Shown here in pieces: positions 1 through 12,374 of a stretch of DNA of 42,659 nucleotides (the stretch's first letter is position 1; each line of letters starts with the position of its first letter). The position numbers and the translations under genes were made by a program. Source of the stretch: Octopus bimaculoides (lineage: Eukaryota). Location: NCBI RefSeq assembly GCF_001194135.2, contig NC_068999.1, positions 32,722,223-32,764,881 on the forward strand. The letters are read 5' to 3'. The notes beneath the pieces were generated by a model that worked only from the letters and a program-made list of their open reading frames with translations, was not told the DNA's origin and made no database searches.

Positions 1-1
1 A

Positions 2-239
2 GGAGAGACATCTAGGAGCATTGCAGAAAGACTAAATGAACATTTGAGACAATATGACAACAAAAAAACAGTCCTCCATACTCTACTAACATGCCAAGGA
101 CCAACATGGAGGCAACCTGGGTCAACTTGACATCCACATTTTCTCCAAGCACCCAAAGGACCCAACACTCAGACAAATACAGGAGTACGTCCTCCTAAAT
201 CAAACATCCCCAGTAATAAATAAGAAATATACGCAGTAG
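2..239 (+). pseudogene. Penelope-like element GIY-YIG endonuclease C-terminal remnant, runs off the window start
   Basis: From nt 2 it reads GETSRSIAERLNEHLRQYDNK. After a frameshift in the A-run at ~62-68 it reads QSSILY*HAKDQHGGNLGQLDIHIFSKHPKDPTLRQIQEYVLLNQTSPVINKKYTQ*. This matches the (YI)GxTxRxxxxRxxEH...H...H...R...E...P..N pattern of PLE GIY-YIG domains. One frameshift and one stop. Confidence 0.8.
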
Positions 240-710
240 ATAATCATGCCCCTATACCTACAGTTTATATTTATATACAGGTAGAATAGTTAGTGGGCTG
301 TTATGTAGATGTATGTATGTATGTGTAAATGTATGTTGGCAAATGGATATGAAAATAAAAAGATAGACATACTGATGGATAGGTACGTAGATAATATGAA
401 CAGACAAGCACGCATACACATGCACATGGAGACACGCCCACACACATGGAGATACACATCCATACATACACACAGTACATAGTCACAAAAATCCGGACAC
501 ACACACACACACACACCACACTCAGACATGCACACAGGAGGAGACAAAGGTACACACTCACATAAAAACACACAAACACATGAATATGCAGAATACATAT
601 ATACATACACATATACAATGCTTACATATATACATACATGTCTATGCGCACATATTCTAAGCCACACACATATGCACAAACAAACAAAAAGAATGCAGCT
701 TGGATAACAG

Positions 711-905
711 ACAGCCAACAACTCTTGAAAGGTTGCAACAGGCAACGAAAATTTTAGAAAAATAAATAAATGAGTGGAAATTTTACCAGTGAGTGTGTTA
801 AATTATAAGGCACTAAAAGAGAATGCTTCTCCCCAGACACAACAGAACATGCCTCAACACATGAACTCACACAAAGAATCTTGCAAACCAAATCCCAAAA
901 CTAAA
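711..905 (+). mobile_element. PLE-like terminal-repeat segment with a degenerate hammerhead-like motif
   Basis: CTCTTGA(722-728), stem GTTGC/GCAAC (732-736/742-746), GAAA (747-750), then AATT palindrome. The upstream ACAGCCAACAACT matches ACAGCCAGCAACTGATGA at 27525-27542 (minus). Confidence 0.45.
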
Positions 906-922
906 TATACACACACATATAA

Positions 923-955
<33 letters not shown>

Positions 956-971
956 TACCTATAAATACATA

Positions 972-1055
<84 letters not shown>

Positions 1056-1392
1056 CGTATATATAAATACATATATATAAATACACACATATATATATAT
1101 ATATATAAATACACATATACATATATATATGCATATATATATATTAATATATATATATATATATATACACATACATATATACATATATAGGCATATATAT
1201 ACACATACATATATACATATATAGGCATATATATAGGCATATATATATACATATATATGCATATATATATATATATATATATATGCATATATACATATAT
1301 ATATATACACACGTATATACACACATACACACACACACATATATATATACAAACACACACACATATAGATATATATAAATACATATATGTAT
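903..1392. repeat. Compound (AT)n/(ATAC)n/(AC)n microsatellite
   Basis: Direct inspection. It is the source of the YI-repeat ORFs. Confidence 0.95.
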
Positions 1393-2379
1393 AATTTTTG
1401 ATGTTAGTTTTTAAAAAGATGTTTTAAATTAAATTAATTTTCATTTTCATTTTCATTGGTTCCATTACTCTTTCATTTGTTGTAATTCGCAAAAGGATGC
1501 ATTGCAGTCTTTTATTTATTTATTCATCTGAAAGAATTTAGAAATAACATTTTTATTCCACTCACTGCCTTACTTGAGTGGTACGGGCGAGGGTGAGGAG
1601 GGCAGGCAGGAGTGCTATGTTGTTTTTAGTGGTGGTGGTGGTGGTGGCGGTGGTGGTTGTAATAGTTATTGGTTGGGGAGTGAGGGTGGGAGGGCGAGTG
1701 GGAGATGATAGTAAATGAAAAATAAGATGTTGGGCTGCCAACCATCTTGTGATTAATACACAGCAAGTCAATCATTTCCAACTGAAATTATTTTCGGTAA
1801 TCGGATTATATTTGAGACAGTTCTACTTCAGTGAGATCGGTACATCTCTCTGCTCTTTCTCGCTTCCTCCACAACAATGATATAGAAAATTCTCCTGGCT
1901 TCTCCGAGCCAAAAACACCAACCCACATTCATGTGTCAGATAATAGTTTAGTGAAGCAGAAAAGGTTTATTGGAGTTCTTCTTCTTCTTCCTCTTTCCTT
2001 TCTTCTTGATGATGATGAAAATATCAGCTGCTATCCTCAAACTCCAGCCAATCTCTCTTCTTTTGGTTCTTCTTTTCCCCTTTTGATTTTTATCCTTTTA
2101 TCAACCTCTCATTTCTGTTACTCAATTACTCATGTTAGTTGTTGCTTTTTTTCTTTCTTTCTTTTCTTTTATCATATTGGTTTAAATACCCTCAATTATT
2201 GCACATCCCTCAGTTACCCACTGCTTCACAGCCTCTAACTATCTCCTCACATTGTAAACCACCCCCTCATCTCTTTACTTTCTTCCCATCCCCCAACATA
2301 CACAAATAGACAGGCAGAAGGTCACACAACCAAAAGAGTGTTGTATTCTGAAGCTGGGATTGCCCAAATAATATTGATT

Positions 2380-2588
2380 TCAAATTTTGGCACAAGGCCA
2401 GCAAGTTTGGGGGAGGGGATAAGTTCATTACATCACCCTCCAGTGTTTGACTGGTGCTTATTTCATCAACTCCGAAAGGATGAAAAGTAAAGTCAACCCT
2501 GGCAGAATTTGAACTCAGAATGTAGAGATTGACAAAATGCCGCTAAGCATTTTGCCCAGTATGGTAACAATTCTGCCAGTTCACCTCC
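2380..2588 (-). mobile_element. tRNA-derived SINE family B (Meta-domain-like central region)
   Basis: The minus strand has a GCAGAATTGTTACC...GAGTTCAAATTCTGCC A/B-box-like head followed by GACTTTACTTTTCATCCTTTCGGAGTTGATGAAATAAGCACCAG. Homologous to copies at 14.7, 16.5 and 23.3 kb. Confidence 0.85.
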
Positions 2589-2797
2589 AAAATAATATTG
2601 CCATGGTGTGTTCTTGTTGAATGTAATACTTATACATTCTTTGTGTATTACCTTAGACCTTTTATTCATTATCAAACATGAAATTTTAAAATGAATTCTT
2701 ATAAAAGTTTTAAATTCTTTGATTCCAAGTAAACCAGGAAAATGGTTAGTATGATTCCACTTTCTGTTTATATAAGTTAGTATGTATGTATATATAT

Positions 2798-3595
2798 NNN
2801 NNNNNNNNNNNNNNNNNNNNNNNNNNNNNNNNNNNNNNNNNNNNNNNNNNNNNNNNNNNNNNNNNNNNNNNNNNNNNNNNNNNNNNNNNNNNNNNNNNNN
2901 NNNNNNNNNNNNNNNNNNNNNNNNNNNNNNNNNNNNNNNNNNNNNNNNNNNNNNNNNNNNNNNNNNNNNNNNNNNNNNNNNNNNNNNNNNNNNNNNNNNN
3001 NNNNNNNNNNNNNNNNNNNNNNNNNNNNNNNNNNNNNNNNNNNNNNNNNNNNNNNNNNNNNNNNNNNNNNNNNNNNNNNNNNNNNNNNNNNNNNNNNNNN
3101 NNNNNNNNNNNNNNNNNNNNNNNNNNNNNNNNNNNNNNNNNNNNNNNNNNNNNNNNNNNNNNNNNNNNNNNNNNNNNNNNNNNNNNNNNNNNNNNNNNNN
3201 NNNNNNNNNNNNNNNNNNNNNNNNNNNNNNNNNNNNNNNNNNNNNNNNNNNNNNNNNNNNNNNNNNNNNNNNNNNNNNNNNNNNNNNNNNNNNNNNNNNN
3301 NNNNNNNNNNNNNNNNNNNNNNNNNNNNNNNNNNNNNNNNNNNNNNNNNNNNNNNNNNNNNNNNNNNNNNNNNNNNNNNNNNNNNNNNNNNNNNNNNNNN
3401 NNNNNNNNNNNNNNNNNNNNNNNNNNNNNNNNNNNNNNNNNNNNNNNNNNNNNNNNNNNNNNNNNNNNNNNNNNNNNNNNNNNNNNNNNNNNNNNNNNNN
3501 NNNNNNNNNNNNNNNNNNNNNNNNNNNNNNNNNNNNNNNNNNNNNNNNNNNNNNNNNNNNNNNNNNNNNNNNNNNNNNNNNNNNNNNNNNNNNNN
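2798..3595. other. Assembly gap (N run). Other gaps: 5804-6000, 10549-10794, 25437-25480, 26671-26845, 31424-31981, 38871-38880
   Basis: Runs of N, mostly bounded by microsatellites. Confidence 1.
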
Positions 3596-3659
3596 ATATA
3601 TATATATATATATATAAGATAGTATTTATGTAAGGTAGTTGCATAAAGATGTGTCAATC

Positions 3660-3960
3660 ACTTTATGGGGAAGAGAAGTTGTGGAAGAGGGAGACTCAGG
3701 AAGACAGAGTATTGAAGGATGGTCTCAAAATGCTGAACCTTATAAAGATGACAGGATATGTGATGCATTGCTGTACTTGAGAGGACCCATCCACCACAAA
3801 AAAATTGAGATTTTAAAAGCAAGGTGTCACATAAAAAGCATTGGTGTGAGTACTGCCACCATGTAAAAAGCACTGGTGATGGTACCACATAAAAAGCACT
3901 CAGTATACTCTGTAGAGCAATTGGTGTTAGGAAGGGCATCCAGTCATAGAAACCATGGCA
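3660..3960 (+). mobile_element. RTE-clade LINE 3' remnant (ORF C-terminus plus tail)
   Basis: Frameshifted SCGRGRLRKT/EVLKDGLKMLNLIKMT resembles the RTE C-terminal GRGRPRKTW...DL motif. It is followed by TAAAAAGCACT units and the TTGGTGTTAGGAAGGGCATCCAG tail motif shared with 9.98, 14.2 and 33.4 kb. Confidence 0.65.
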
Positions 3961-4504
3961 GCATGGGGAAAATGTTTATGGTGATGAATATGTAGACAAA
4001 ATATAAGGCCTCTGTCAGATAAGGTTGACCATTGATCTACACATGTATAGGGCTTGCCCACCACAAGACTAAAGTGAACTATCCAAGAATAGTTGAAGGA
4101 TCAAAACCACACCCTCAAACTCAGTATGAACCATATTTATCTTCAACAGAAATCATATGACTTGGTGGTAGTGGGGGTGGATGGCCAGGGGTGCCTGCTA
4201 CACATATAACAAATAGTAAAGTTTGCACTAGCCTAAACTAAGGATTATGTTAATTATAATTAGTTCAGTATTGAGGAAGATGCCTCATTATCTTAATGAT
4301 TAACTCGACTCAAAATTGGTACAGAAGACAACCATAGAATTTGAATTAATTAAAATGAATTACTTTGGACTGTGAGCAGAAATAATTATTAGGTGCTTAA
4401 TAAGTAACTTAAATATAAGGTTTCAGTCCCATTAGATGCTCATTATTGTTTGTTTTTAAGTTTCCTACTTGTTTACACACACACATGCATATTACAACCC
4501 AGCA

Positions 4505-4700
4505 AAGAAATGTATACATGGTCACTGCAACTAGAAATAGCAGCCAAATCTCCTTCAAATCACTACCATTTTTTGAGAAAGGACATATATAATACAGTTG
4601 CAGACACAGTGTCTGCATAAAAGGTGTGATGATCACAGCTGGAATATCTTTAACCATAAATCTACTGAATTAATTCTGACCTCTGACCTAAACAACAACA
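4505..4700 (+). mobile_element. Non-autonomous repeat family C (CTAGAAATAGCAGCCAAA head, (AAC)n tail)
   Basis: Shares CTAGAAATAGCAGCCAAATCTCC and a GACCT..AAACAACAAC end with copies at 12.4-13.2, 13.7, 28.0 and 37.0 kb. Confidence 0.7.
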
Positions 4701-5010
4701 CTAAACATAATTAATGAAAAATGAACACACATGCACACATAAACATAAGCATGTACATGTATTTTAAGTCTGTATTGGGTAAAAATCTAGCATATTCCTT
4801 TGTCAGCACTCAGTATGAACTCTTGGCTATCTACATCTTGAAGACTGGTACTTAAATTTAAGTTTTCCTCAGCAACCATGTTTTTTCATGAAAGACTAGA
4901 AACGGGACACCACTTGCATGATGGTGACACTCATTTACAACTATCATACAATCTCAAGGCAAGCAGACAATAATACATTTGCTCACACACATATATAAAT
5001 ATAACATATA

Positions 5011-5394
5011 TAAGCATGCTTCCCAACCACACGGTTCTGAGTTTAGTTCCACTGCATAGCACCTTGGGCAAGTGTCTTCTACTATAACCTCGAGCTGACC
5101 AAAGCCTTGTAAGTGGATTTGGTAGACAAACAGCCAGGTGCAATGTTATACCATAAAGGAAAAATTCAATCGTATATATATATATGGGTGTGTGTCTCTG
5201 TTTGTCCCCCATCACCACTTGAAAACCAATGTTGCTATGTTTATGTCCCTGTAACTTGACAGTTCAGCAAAAGAAAGTAATAGAATAAGTACTAGGTTTA
5301 AAAAAAAAGTCCTGGGATCAATTTGTTCAACTGAAGTCCCTCAACGTGGTGCCCCAGCATGGCCACTGTCAAAATTACTGGAACAAATAAAAGA
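5011..5394 (+). mobile_element. tRNA-derived SINE family A (CORE-like and Nin-like segments)
   Basis: Head ...CCACACGGTTCTGAGTTTAGTTCC, then ACCTTGGGCAAGTGTCTT (CORE-like) and GTGGATTTGGTAGAC, with the tail CAGCATGGCCAC...AACAAATAAAAG. Confidence 0.9.
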
Positions 5395-5407
5395 TATATA
5401 TATACAT

Positions 5408-5790
5408 AGGCGCAGGAGTGGCTGTGTGGTAAGTAGCTTGCTTACCAACCACATGGTTCGGGGTTCACTCCCACTGCGTGGCACCTTGGGCAAGTGTCTT
5501 CTACTATAGCCTTGGGCCAACCAAAGCCTTGTGAGTGGATTTGGTAGACGGAAACTGAAAGAAGCCTGTCGTATATATGTGTATGTGTGTGTTTGTGTGT
5601 CTGTTTGTCCCCCCAACATCGCTTGACAACTGATGGTGGTGTGTTTATGTCCCCATAACTTAGCAGTTCGGCAAATGAGACCAATAGAATAAGTACTAGG
5701 CTTCCAAAGAATAAGTCCTGGGGTCGATTTGCTCCACTAAAGGCAGTGCTCCAGCATGGCCACAGTCAAATGACTGAAACAAGTAAAAGA
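5408..5790 (+). mobile_element. SINE family A, well-preserved full-length copy
   Basis: GCAGGAGTGGCTGTGTGGTAAG (A-box-like), GGTTCGGGGTTCACTCCC (B-box-like), and the full body and tail. Confidence 0.92.
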
Positions 5791-6000
5791 GTATGTAGTA
5801 AGCNNNNNNNNNNNNNNNNNNNNNNNNNNNNNNNNNNNNNNNNNNNNNNNNNNNNNNNNNNNNNNNNNNNNNNNNNNNNNNNNNNNNNNNNNNNNNNNNN
5901 NNNNNNNNNNNNNNNNNNNNNNNNNNNNNNNNNNNNNNNNNNNNNNNNNNNNNNNNNNNNNNNNNNNNNNNNNNNNNNNNNNNNNNNNNNNNNNNNNNNN

Positions 6001-6036
<36 letters not shown>

Positions 6037-6040
<4 letters not shown>

Positions 6041-6234
6041 CTGTGTTTGTCCCCCCATCGTCGCTTGACAACCGATGCTGGTGTGTTTACGCCCCCATAA
6101 CTTAGCGGTTCGGCAAAAAGAGACCGATAGAATAAGTACTAAGCTTCCAAAGAATAAGTCCTGGGGTCGATTTGCTCCACTAAAGGCAGTGCTCCAGCAT
6201 GGCCACAGTCAAATGACTGAAACAAGTAAAAGAG
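6037..6234 (+). mobile_element. SINE family A, 3' half after the gap
   Basis: Homologous to 5598-5790. The last ~100 nt plus the flank are identical. Confidence 0.9.
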
Positions 6235-7418
6235 TATGTAGTAAGCTTTTTTCAGATTATGTGTGTGTGTATATACATACATACACACATAAACTGAAAG
6301 AAGCTTGTTACTGTATGTACATATGCACACACAGATACATGATGGGCTTTTGCACTGTCTGCATCAAGATTCCATTTACAATGTATTGATCAACTTGAAG
6401 CTATTGTAGAAGATTCTTGCCCAAGAAGCCATGCAGCGGAATCAAATCTGGATCCATGTTGCTTCAAAGTAAGGAAAGTTGTATATACATGTCTTTAGAA
6501 TATATTTTCTCAATGTCTATACCGTCAATCTGTTACAGAGATACACAACATCCGATATTGAAAAACTGTGATGGATTGTTTTTGTTTGTTTGTTTTTCTT
6601 TGTTACCATGCACAATATTAAGAAAACAATTATGGAATACAACAATATGCCAAATGGGTAATATTATCTAAGACGTATCTATTTCTTCGAACATCTTTAT
6701 TTTACCGATATTTCAGCACAAGGCCTGAATTAGCTGCCTCGATTGATCTGAAAGTTAGTTTGATGCTGTTGTAGTTGTTAATGTTACTAATGTCTTTGCT
6801 TACAATACATGATAGCAGCGAATGTCATACAGGCATTATGTTGATGTTTATAAAACAACATTACCTATTCTCTATTAAAGCTTCCCTTTATGGCTGTTCC
6901 ATGTGTAGCCATTACACCCTTGTTGCAGATATTCTCTAATCACCTTATTATATCAGGGAACACCACTCTCTCTCTCTCTCTTTCCTCCTTCTGCCTGTTT
7001 AATACATCTCTGATAACAGAAACATTTTCTTAGGTTGTCACACCAAACTATGATTGTTGGTGTGTGTTTGTGTGTTTATGTTGAGTGTGTGTTCACAAAA
7101 ATAAGTTGTATATCTGCATGATTATGCATTTTAGTGAGTATATGTTTATATGTATGTGTATACAAGGCATGTGTTGATCAAAATATATATATGTATCCTA
7201 GCACAGTTATGTAATTTTCATGATGTGTGAGTAGAGTGCTGGACAAAATCTCTCATTGTATTTGATTGTATCCCTTTATGTTCTTAGTTCAAACCCCATG
7301 TAGTTCCACTTTGCTTTTATCCTTGTGTAGTCAATAGTGTGTGGGGCTGGTATCTAATATAATTGACTAAACACTAGATGAAGTTCCAGTTTGACCAGAG
7401 TCTGAAACCAGTAAACAT

Positions 7419-7585
<167 letters not shown>

Positions 7586-7789
7586 TTCCACTTGTTTCAG
7601 TCATCAGACCATGGCCATCTGGTGTTCTCACTATCTTCAAACATGTTATTCAGCATTATCCAAGACATGTGGTAGTACTATTGTTTTTGTTATATTTTAA
7701 CAATCAGACATCACCTCATCATAAAATTGGATCTTATGTGACAACCTGGGCCATCCCAAAAGTTTTTCTGAGCAGAGAACAGTCAGGTG

Positions 7790-7990
7790 GCTATTGCAGC
7801 TACCGGTGCAGGCTGGCCCTTGACAAGACACCAGTCCATTGCAGGGTTAACACTCAGTTATCACTGGTACTTGTTTTCAGCTGAGTGAACTGGAGCAATG
7901 TGAAATGAAGTGCTCAAGGGCACAACATGCTATGCAGCCCATGGATAATACCCACAACCATGAGATCATGGCTTCACATATTAGCCATCA
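7790..7990 (-). mobile_element. Degenerate tRNA-derived SINE
   Basis: CCAGTCCATTGCAGGGTTA...CTGGTACTTGTTTTCAGCTGAGTGAACTGGAGCAATGTGAAATGAAGTGCTCAAGGGCACAAC is the reverse complement of the SINE body at 21760-21815. Confidence 0.6.
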
Positions 7991-8129
7991 CCTAACTGCC
8001 AATAACATATCATCTCTCAGACTGTGCAAGGCATCAAAGTTTCACTTTCATTTTTGAGTATTCTTCATAGCATTCTTCACATAAACACTTTGGTTACATT
8101 TATCTTTGGTCTACTCTCTTTCTTTCACA

Positions 8130-8162
<33 letters not shown>

Positions 8163-9410
8163 CTCAGTGTCTGTCTGCCTCTTGCTCACCCTCTCTCTCT
8201 CTCACCTTCTGTTGTCCTACCTCCATGAATGTGCGATGTGCATGTTTGCTACTGTTCATTTATTTTTGCGTTGGTTTTTAAAAATTCATTACACTTTAAA
8301 AAGTAAACGTAACTGAAGTCTTCATTTAGGGCCTCCAGGGGATATGTGTGTGTGTGTGTGTGTTGTTGCTCTTGTTAATGGATGTTCAAAATGATTATGT
8401 AAAATTGTTTATCTTTGTATTATACATTTACATGTTTATGTAATGTATTCACATTGTATGAGTATATGCTATATACTCTTTCTTTCTCACTCATACACAC
8501 ATATGTATTTAAGTGTTTACATTACTGTATACATGTATGTGTGTATGAGAGAGAAAGAGATAATATGTATGGGATTTCTAGAATATTGGTTTTTGGATAT
8601 TCTTTACCACCCTTCCATTCCCAACCTCTCATTTATATTCCAAGTTTGGTAAATCAAATTCTTTAGTAAAAAATAATTCTTTCTTACTTAAATATCAATT
8701 TATCATGATATGAAATGTTTGTTTATGGTGGGGAAATTAGGTTTATTTAACCTACAGGAGTACATTAGGTGATGGGATGGGACATAACAGGAAGTAGGAG
8801 CTTATGCACATACATATGTACATACGTGTGTGTATTTGTATGTATGTGAGTGCACACATATACATGTCTGTGTATGTGTGTCTAAGCTATCTTGCTTTTG
8901 TCATTGTGAAGTTCTGGTTTTTTTTAATGTTTGCTGTTGTTTTTATTCCCCTTCTCATTGCATGCTTTAATAATAACAACCATCATAACAATAACTAGAG
9001 CTACGATGATAATTACCGTCAATGCCACCACCACAACACTAATAATCATTATAAACATCTTAACAACAATCACAGCAACATCTTTATTCAACAATTCTTA
9101 GTTTAAAAGAACGATAGAAAGCTGTTATTTCTGTCACTCTTTGGGAGCTGTCAGGTAAATCTGAAGACTCTGTGATGAAGGCATCATTTCCTCAACTTCT
9201 GTTACTGATAAGTGGCACAGGTAGGACAAAAACAGCCATAGGGACAGAGACTAGTTATTTCCGTCATGAAGTCAAGACACATGGTGGACAATCTTGTTAT
9301 TTCTATCATTTGACTCCTTGAACATTTGTAAACATCTCTTCTTATCTGGTTTTTTTTTTTTTTAGATTTCTTTACATCTTAATATAACCTCAGGTGGAGT
9401 TAAGTGTTAA

Positions 9411-9560
9411 TGGGCAGTATTAGATAGTTATTGGGCAGTACCAAGTAGATGCTGGGCGGTGCTATATGTATACTGAGTAGCACCATGTGGATGCTGTGCG
9501 GTGCCATGTAGATACTGGGCGATGTTATGTGGATGCTGATCAGTAGTGCTAATTAGATGT
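9411..9560. repeat. Degenerate 21-bp minisatellite (~GGGCGGTGCCATGTAGATGCT), about 7 units
   Basis: Units start at 9412, 9433, 9454, 9475, 9496 and 9517. Confidence 0.8.
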
Positions 9561-9924
9561 TGAGGAGTTGTACTCTGTGGAAAGTGGCCAATGATCTATA
9601 GATTTTTTGCTTGATGATTTAATTTCACCATTTCACACACACGTTATGTGAGTGTAAGAAAACGAAAAGGATACTCAATACTTTTCAACTTTTATGTTTC
9701 ATGATATCACTCTCTAGCTATCTAAATTCATTCTGTTTGTCTCTGTCTGTGCAGGTGTGGTCATGTGGTTAAGAAGTTTGCTTCTGAATCACATGGTTTT
9801 GGGTACAGTCCCACTGCATGTTACTGAACAAACATACCAGTATATATGATAGATTTCTTCCAGTTTCTGTCTCTTGGTCTTGACATAAATGAATGTTACT
9901 TTCATACAAGTAGTGTCAATCATT

Positions 9925-10095
9925 TCCAACATTCTATGAGAACATACCTGGCCATAAGGAAATATTACTTTGCTTGGAAAAACAGGTAAAGGTTGGCAAC
10001 AGGAAGGGCACCCAGCTGTAGAAAATCTGCCTCAGTAAAATCTGTCCAATTCATGTAGAAAAGTGGATGTTAAAACAGCAATCATGATGATGGAT
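9925..10095 (+). mobile_element. RTE-type 3' tail repeat
   Basis: GGTTGGCAACAGGAAGGGCACCCAGCTGTAGAAAATCTGCC...AAAAGTGGATGTTAAA followed by a (GAT)n-like end. Confidence 0.7.
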
Positions 10096-10159
10096 GGATG
10101 GATGGATGGACGGATGGACGGACAGAAGGGCAGGCAGGCTAATGTGTATATGTTTCTTT

Positions 10160-10375
10160 TCTCTTTCTTTCACTTGTTTCAGTCTTGAGACTGGACATGC
10201 TGGGGCATCACCTTGAAGAACTTTTAGTCAAACAAATCAACACTAATACTTTTTTTTTTAAAAGCTTAGTACTGTTGATATCTTTTGCCAAACTGCTCAG
10301 ATACCAGGTTGTAAACACACCAACACCAATTGTTGAGTTGTGGTTGAAGGACAAACACAGGCACAAAGAGACATG
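10160..10375 (-). mobile_element. SINE family A, 3' half
   Basis: CACTTGTTTCAGTC...CATGCTGGGGCATCACCTTGAAG...GGACAAACAC is the reverse complement of the family A tail. Confidence 0.8.
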
Positions 10376-11371
10376 CGCGCGCACACGCACACACACACAC
10401 GCACACACACACACAAACACACATATAGGTATCTTGCTGTAAAGTAGATACATGGATACCTCAGTTGGAAAGTTTGCTTTATATAACTTATGTAAAGTTA
10501 TATAAACAGTTTAACATTAATTAAAGAAGCCCTCAATGCTGGTGCCATNNNNNNNNNNNNNNNNNNNNNNNNNNNNNNNNNNNNNNNNNNNNNNNNNNNN
10601 NNNNNNNNNNNNNNNNNNNNNNNNNNNNNNNNNNNNNNNNNNNNNNNNNNNNNNNNNNNNNNNNNNNNNNNNNNNNNNNNNNNNNNNNNNNNNNNNNNNN
10701 NNNNNNNNNNNNNNNNNNNNNNNNNNNNNNNNNNNNNNNNNNNNNNNNNNNNNNNNNNNNNNNNNNNNNNNNNNNNNNNNNNNNNNNNNNNNNNATATAT
10801 ATATGGCAAGAGAGAGAGAGAGATTAAAAGCATCTACGTAATTTATCACTACTATAAATATAGATGACTGGACTGAAATAAATTGTGTATGATATGATCA
10901 ATGGAAACCATTAACGGTGATGACACATCATAATGGCAGTCCAAGAGCTGACGCCTGTAAAAAGAATGACAGAATATGCAAATGTATTTTTTTAGACAAC
11001 CCTATTTCATATAAAACTAAATGAAGATGCCCCTAAACCATGAGTTAAGCAAGTACATTAACATCACCATTGCCAATAAGCTCTCGTTGTGTTAATAATA
11101 TCCCCTTTCTACTAAGCTTTTATGTGTGTGTGGAATTCTGTTAATCTTATTTCTTAATCTGTTTTTATTTAATTCCATTTTATGCCTCCAAAGATGTTAT
11201 TCTGATTAACTAAAAATGTAATGATATCATCTCTTACTTCTCATAATAATCTTCTTCACCACCACAACCAGCATCATCATCATTTTATTTTCAGCTGCTA
11301 TATATTTTTCGCAGACTAAATTTTTATTCAAATTTAGAACAACATTGATAAATATGCTAATATTGATAATG

Positions 11372-11465
11372 TAACCAGTCTTTGTGTTCTGAGTTCGAAT
11401 TCTGTTGAGGTTAACTTTGCCTTTCATCCTTTTGGAGTCAATAAAATAAAATAAGTACTAGTTGA
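11372..11465 (+). mobile_element. SINE family B fragment
   Basis: GTTCTGAGTTCGAATTCTGTTGAGGTTAACTTTGCCTTTCATCCTTTTGGAGTCAATAAAAT. Confidence 0.8.
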
Positions 11466-12374
11466 AATCTATGTAAATAATGTCACTGTGCATGCTAGAG
11501 CATATATCTGCACACATTGTATTTCCATGCATGTATCAAAATATATACACTAAGTGGTATTTCCATTTACACACAAACAAAAACCCTATCTGCCATTAGT
11601 ATGTTCTGTCTTCTGTCTCCTGATAGTAGCTACAAAAATGGGAGTTTACATCGACCATAGAAAATGGTCTTTCAGTTTTGGCAGCTACATACACTTAAGT
11701 TTTTCATCTCCAGGTTCCATCTGTGTCTGTCCTGCCATTAATCACCAAAAGTTTTTCCTGAAACTTATCAAATGTTTCAATTGTAGTGACACAAGGAAAT
11801 GCACAACTTAAGGAAAAAGAAAAGAAATCTCTATAGTACTGAAGAGATATGAAGCCAGGAATGACTGGAAGCTAAATTTAGGCCCTAAAGGAAATTTAAA
11901 CATTGAATGTTGGATGTTACATCCTCAGACATAAATAGTCACTATTTGGAACTGTTCTTTGACCAAATTCCAAAATGTGCACCTCTAAAATCTATAGCAA
12001 CATCACTTTCTATCTAACCAATTAGATTCCTCTGTGAATCTGCCAAAACATCATCTCCAGCTCAAGTTTAACAAGACACATGCTTATATTTTATTTACCA
12101 AAACTCTCAATGTTCTTTCGAGTCATTGGTGCTGATTTTGTCTTTAGACTTGCCGCTTCTGTCATTAAATACATGTTCTGTCCACTGTTAACAGTTTGTG
12201 TATATATATGCGCGCACACACACATACACACAAGAAATGGAATAAATATTTACTTAGTTTTTGCTGCTTAATCCTTCCCTCTCTGTGGTAGTGATGATAG
12301 TAGCAAAAGTGGTTATATAGTAGTAGTAGTAGTAGTAGTAGTATACTTGATAGTGCTGCTGTTGGTAGTTGTAG

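Noticed and set aside
258-1384. Many 70-165 aa ORFs rich in YI/CV/HT, and similar ORFs at 7.4, 18.7, 30, 36-38 kb
   Set aside because: They are translations of di- and trinucleotide microsatellites.
1562-1771. Minus-strand ORF ending near a CAA|GTAAG donor-like site
   Set aside because: No convincing acceptor, low-complexity content and no recognisable protein.
2493-3657. Long ORFs of 230-380 aa here and at 31.2-32.2 kb
   Set aside because: They consist of X residues from N-gaps.
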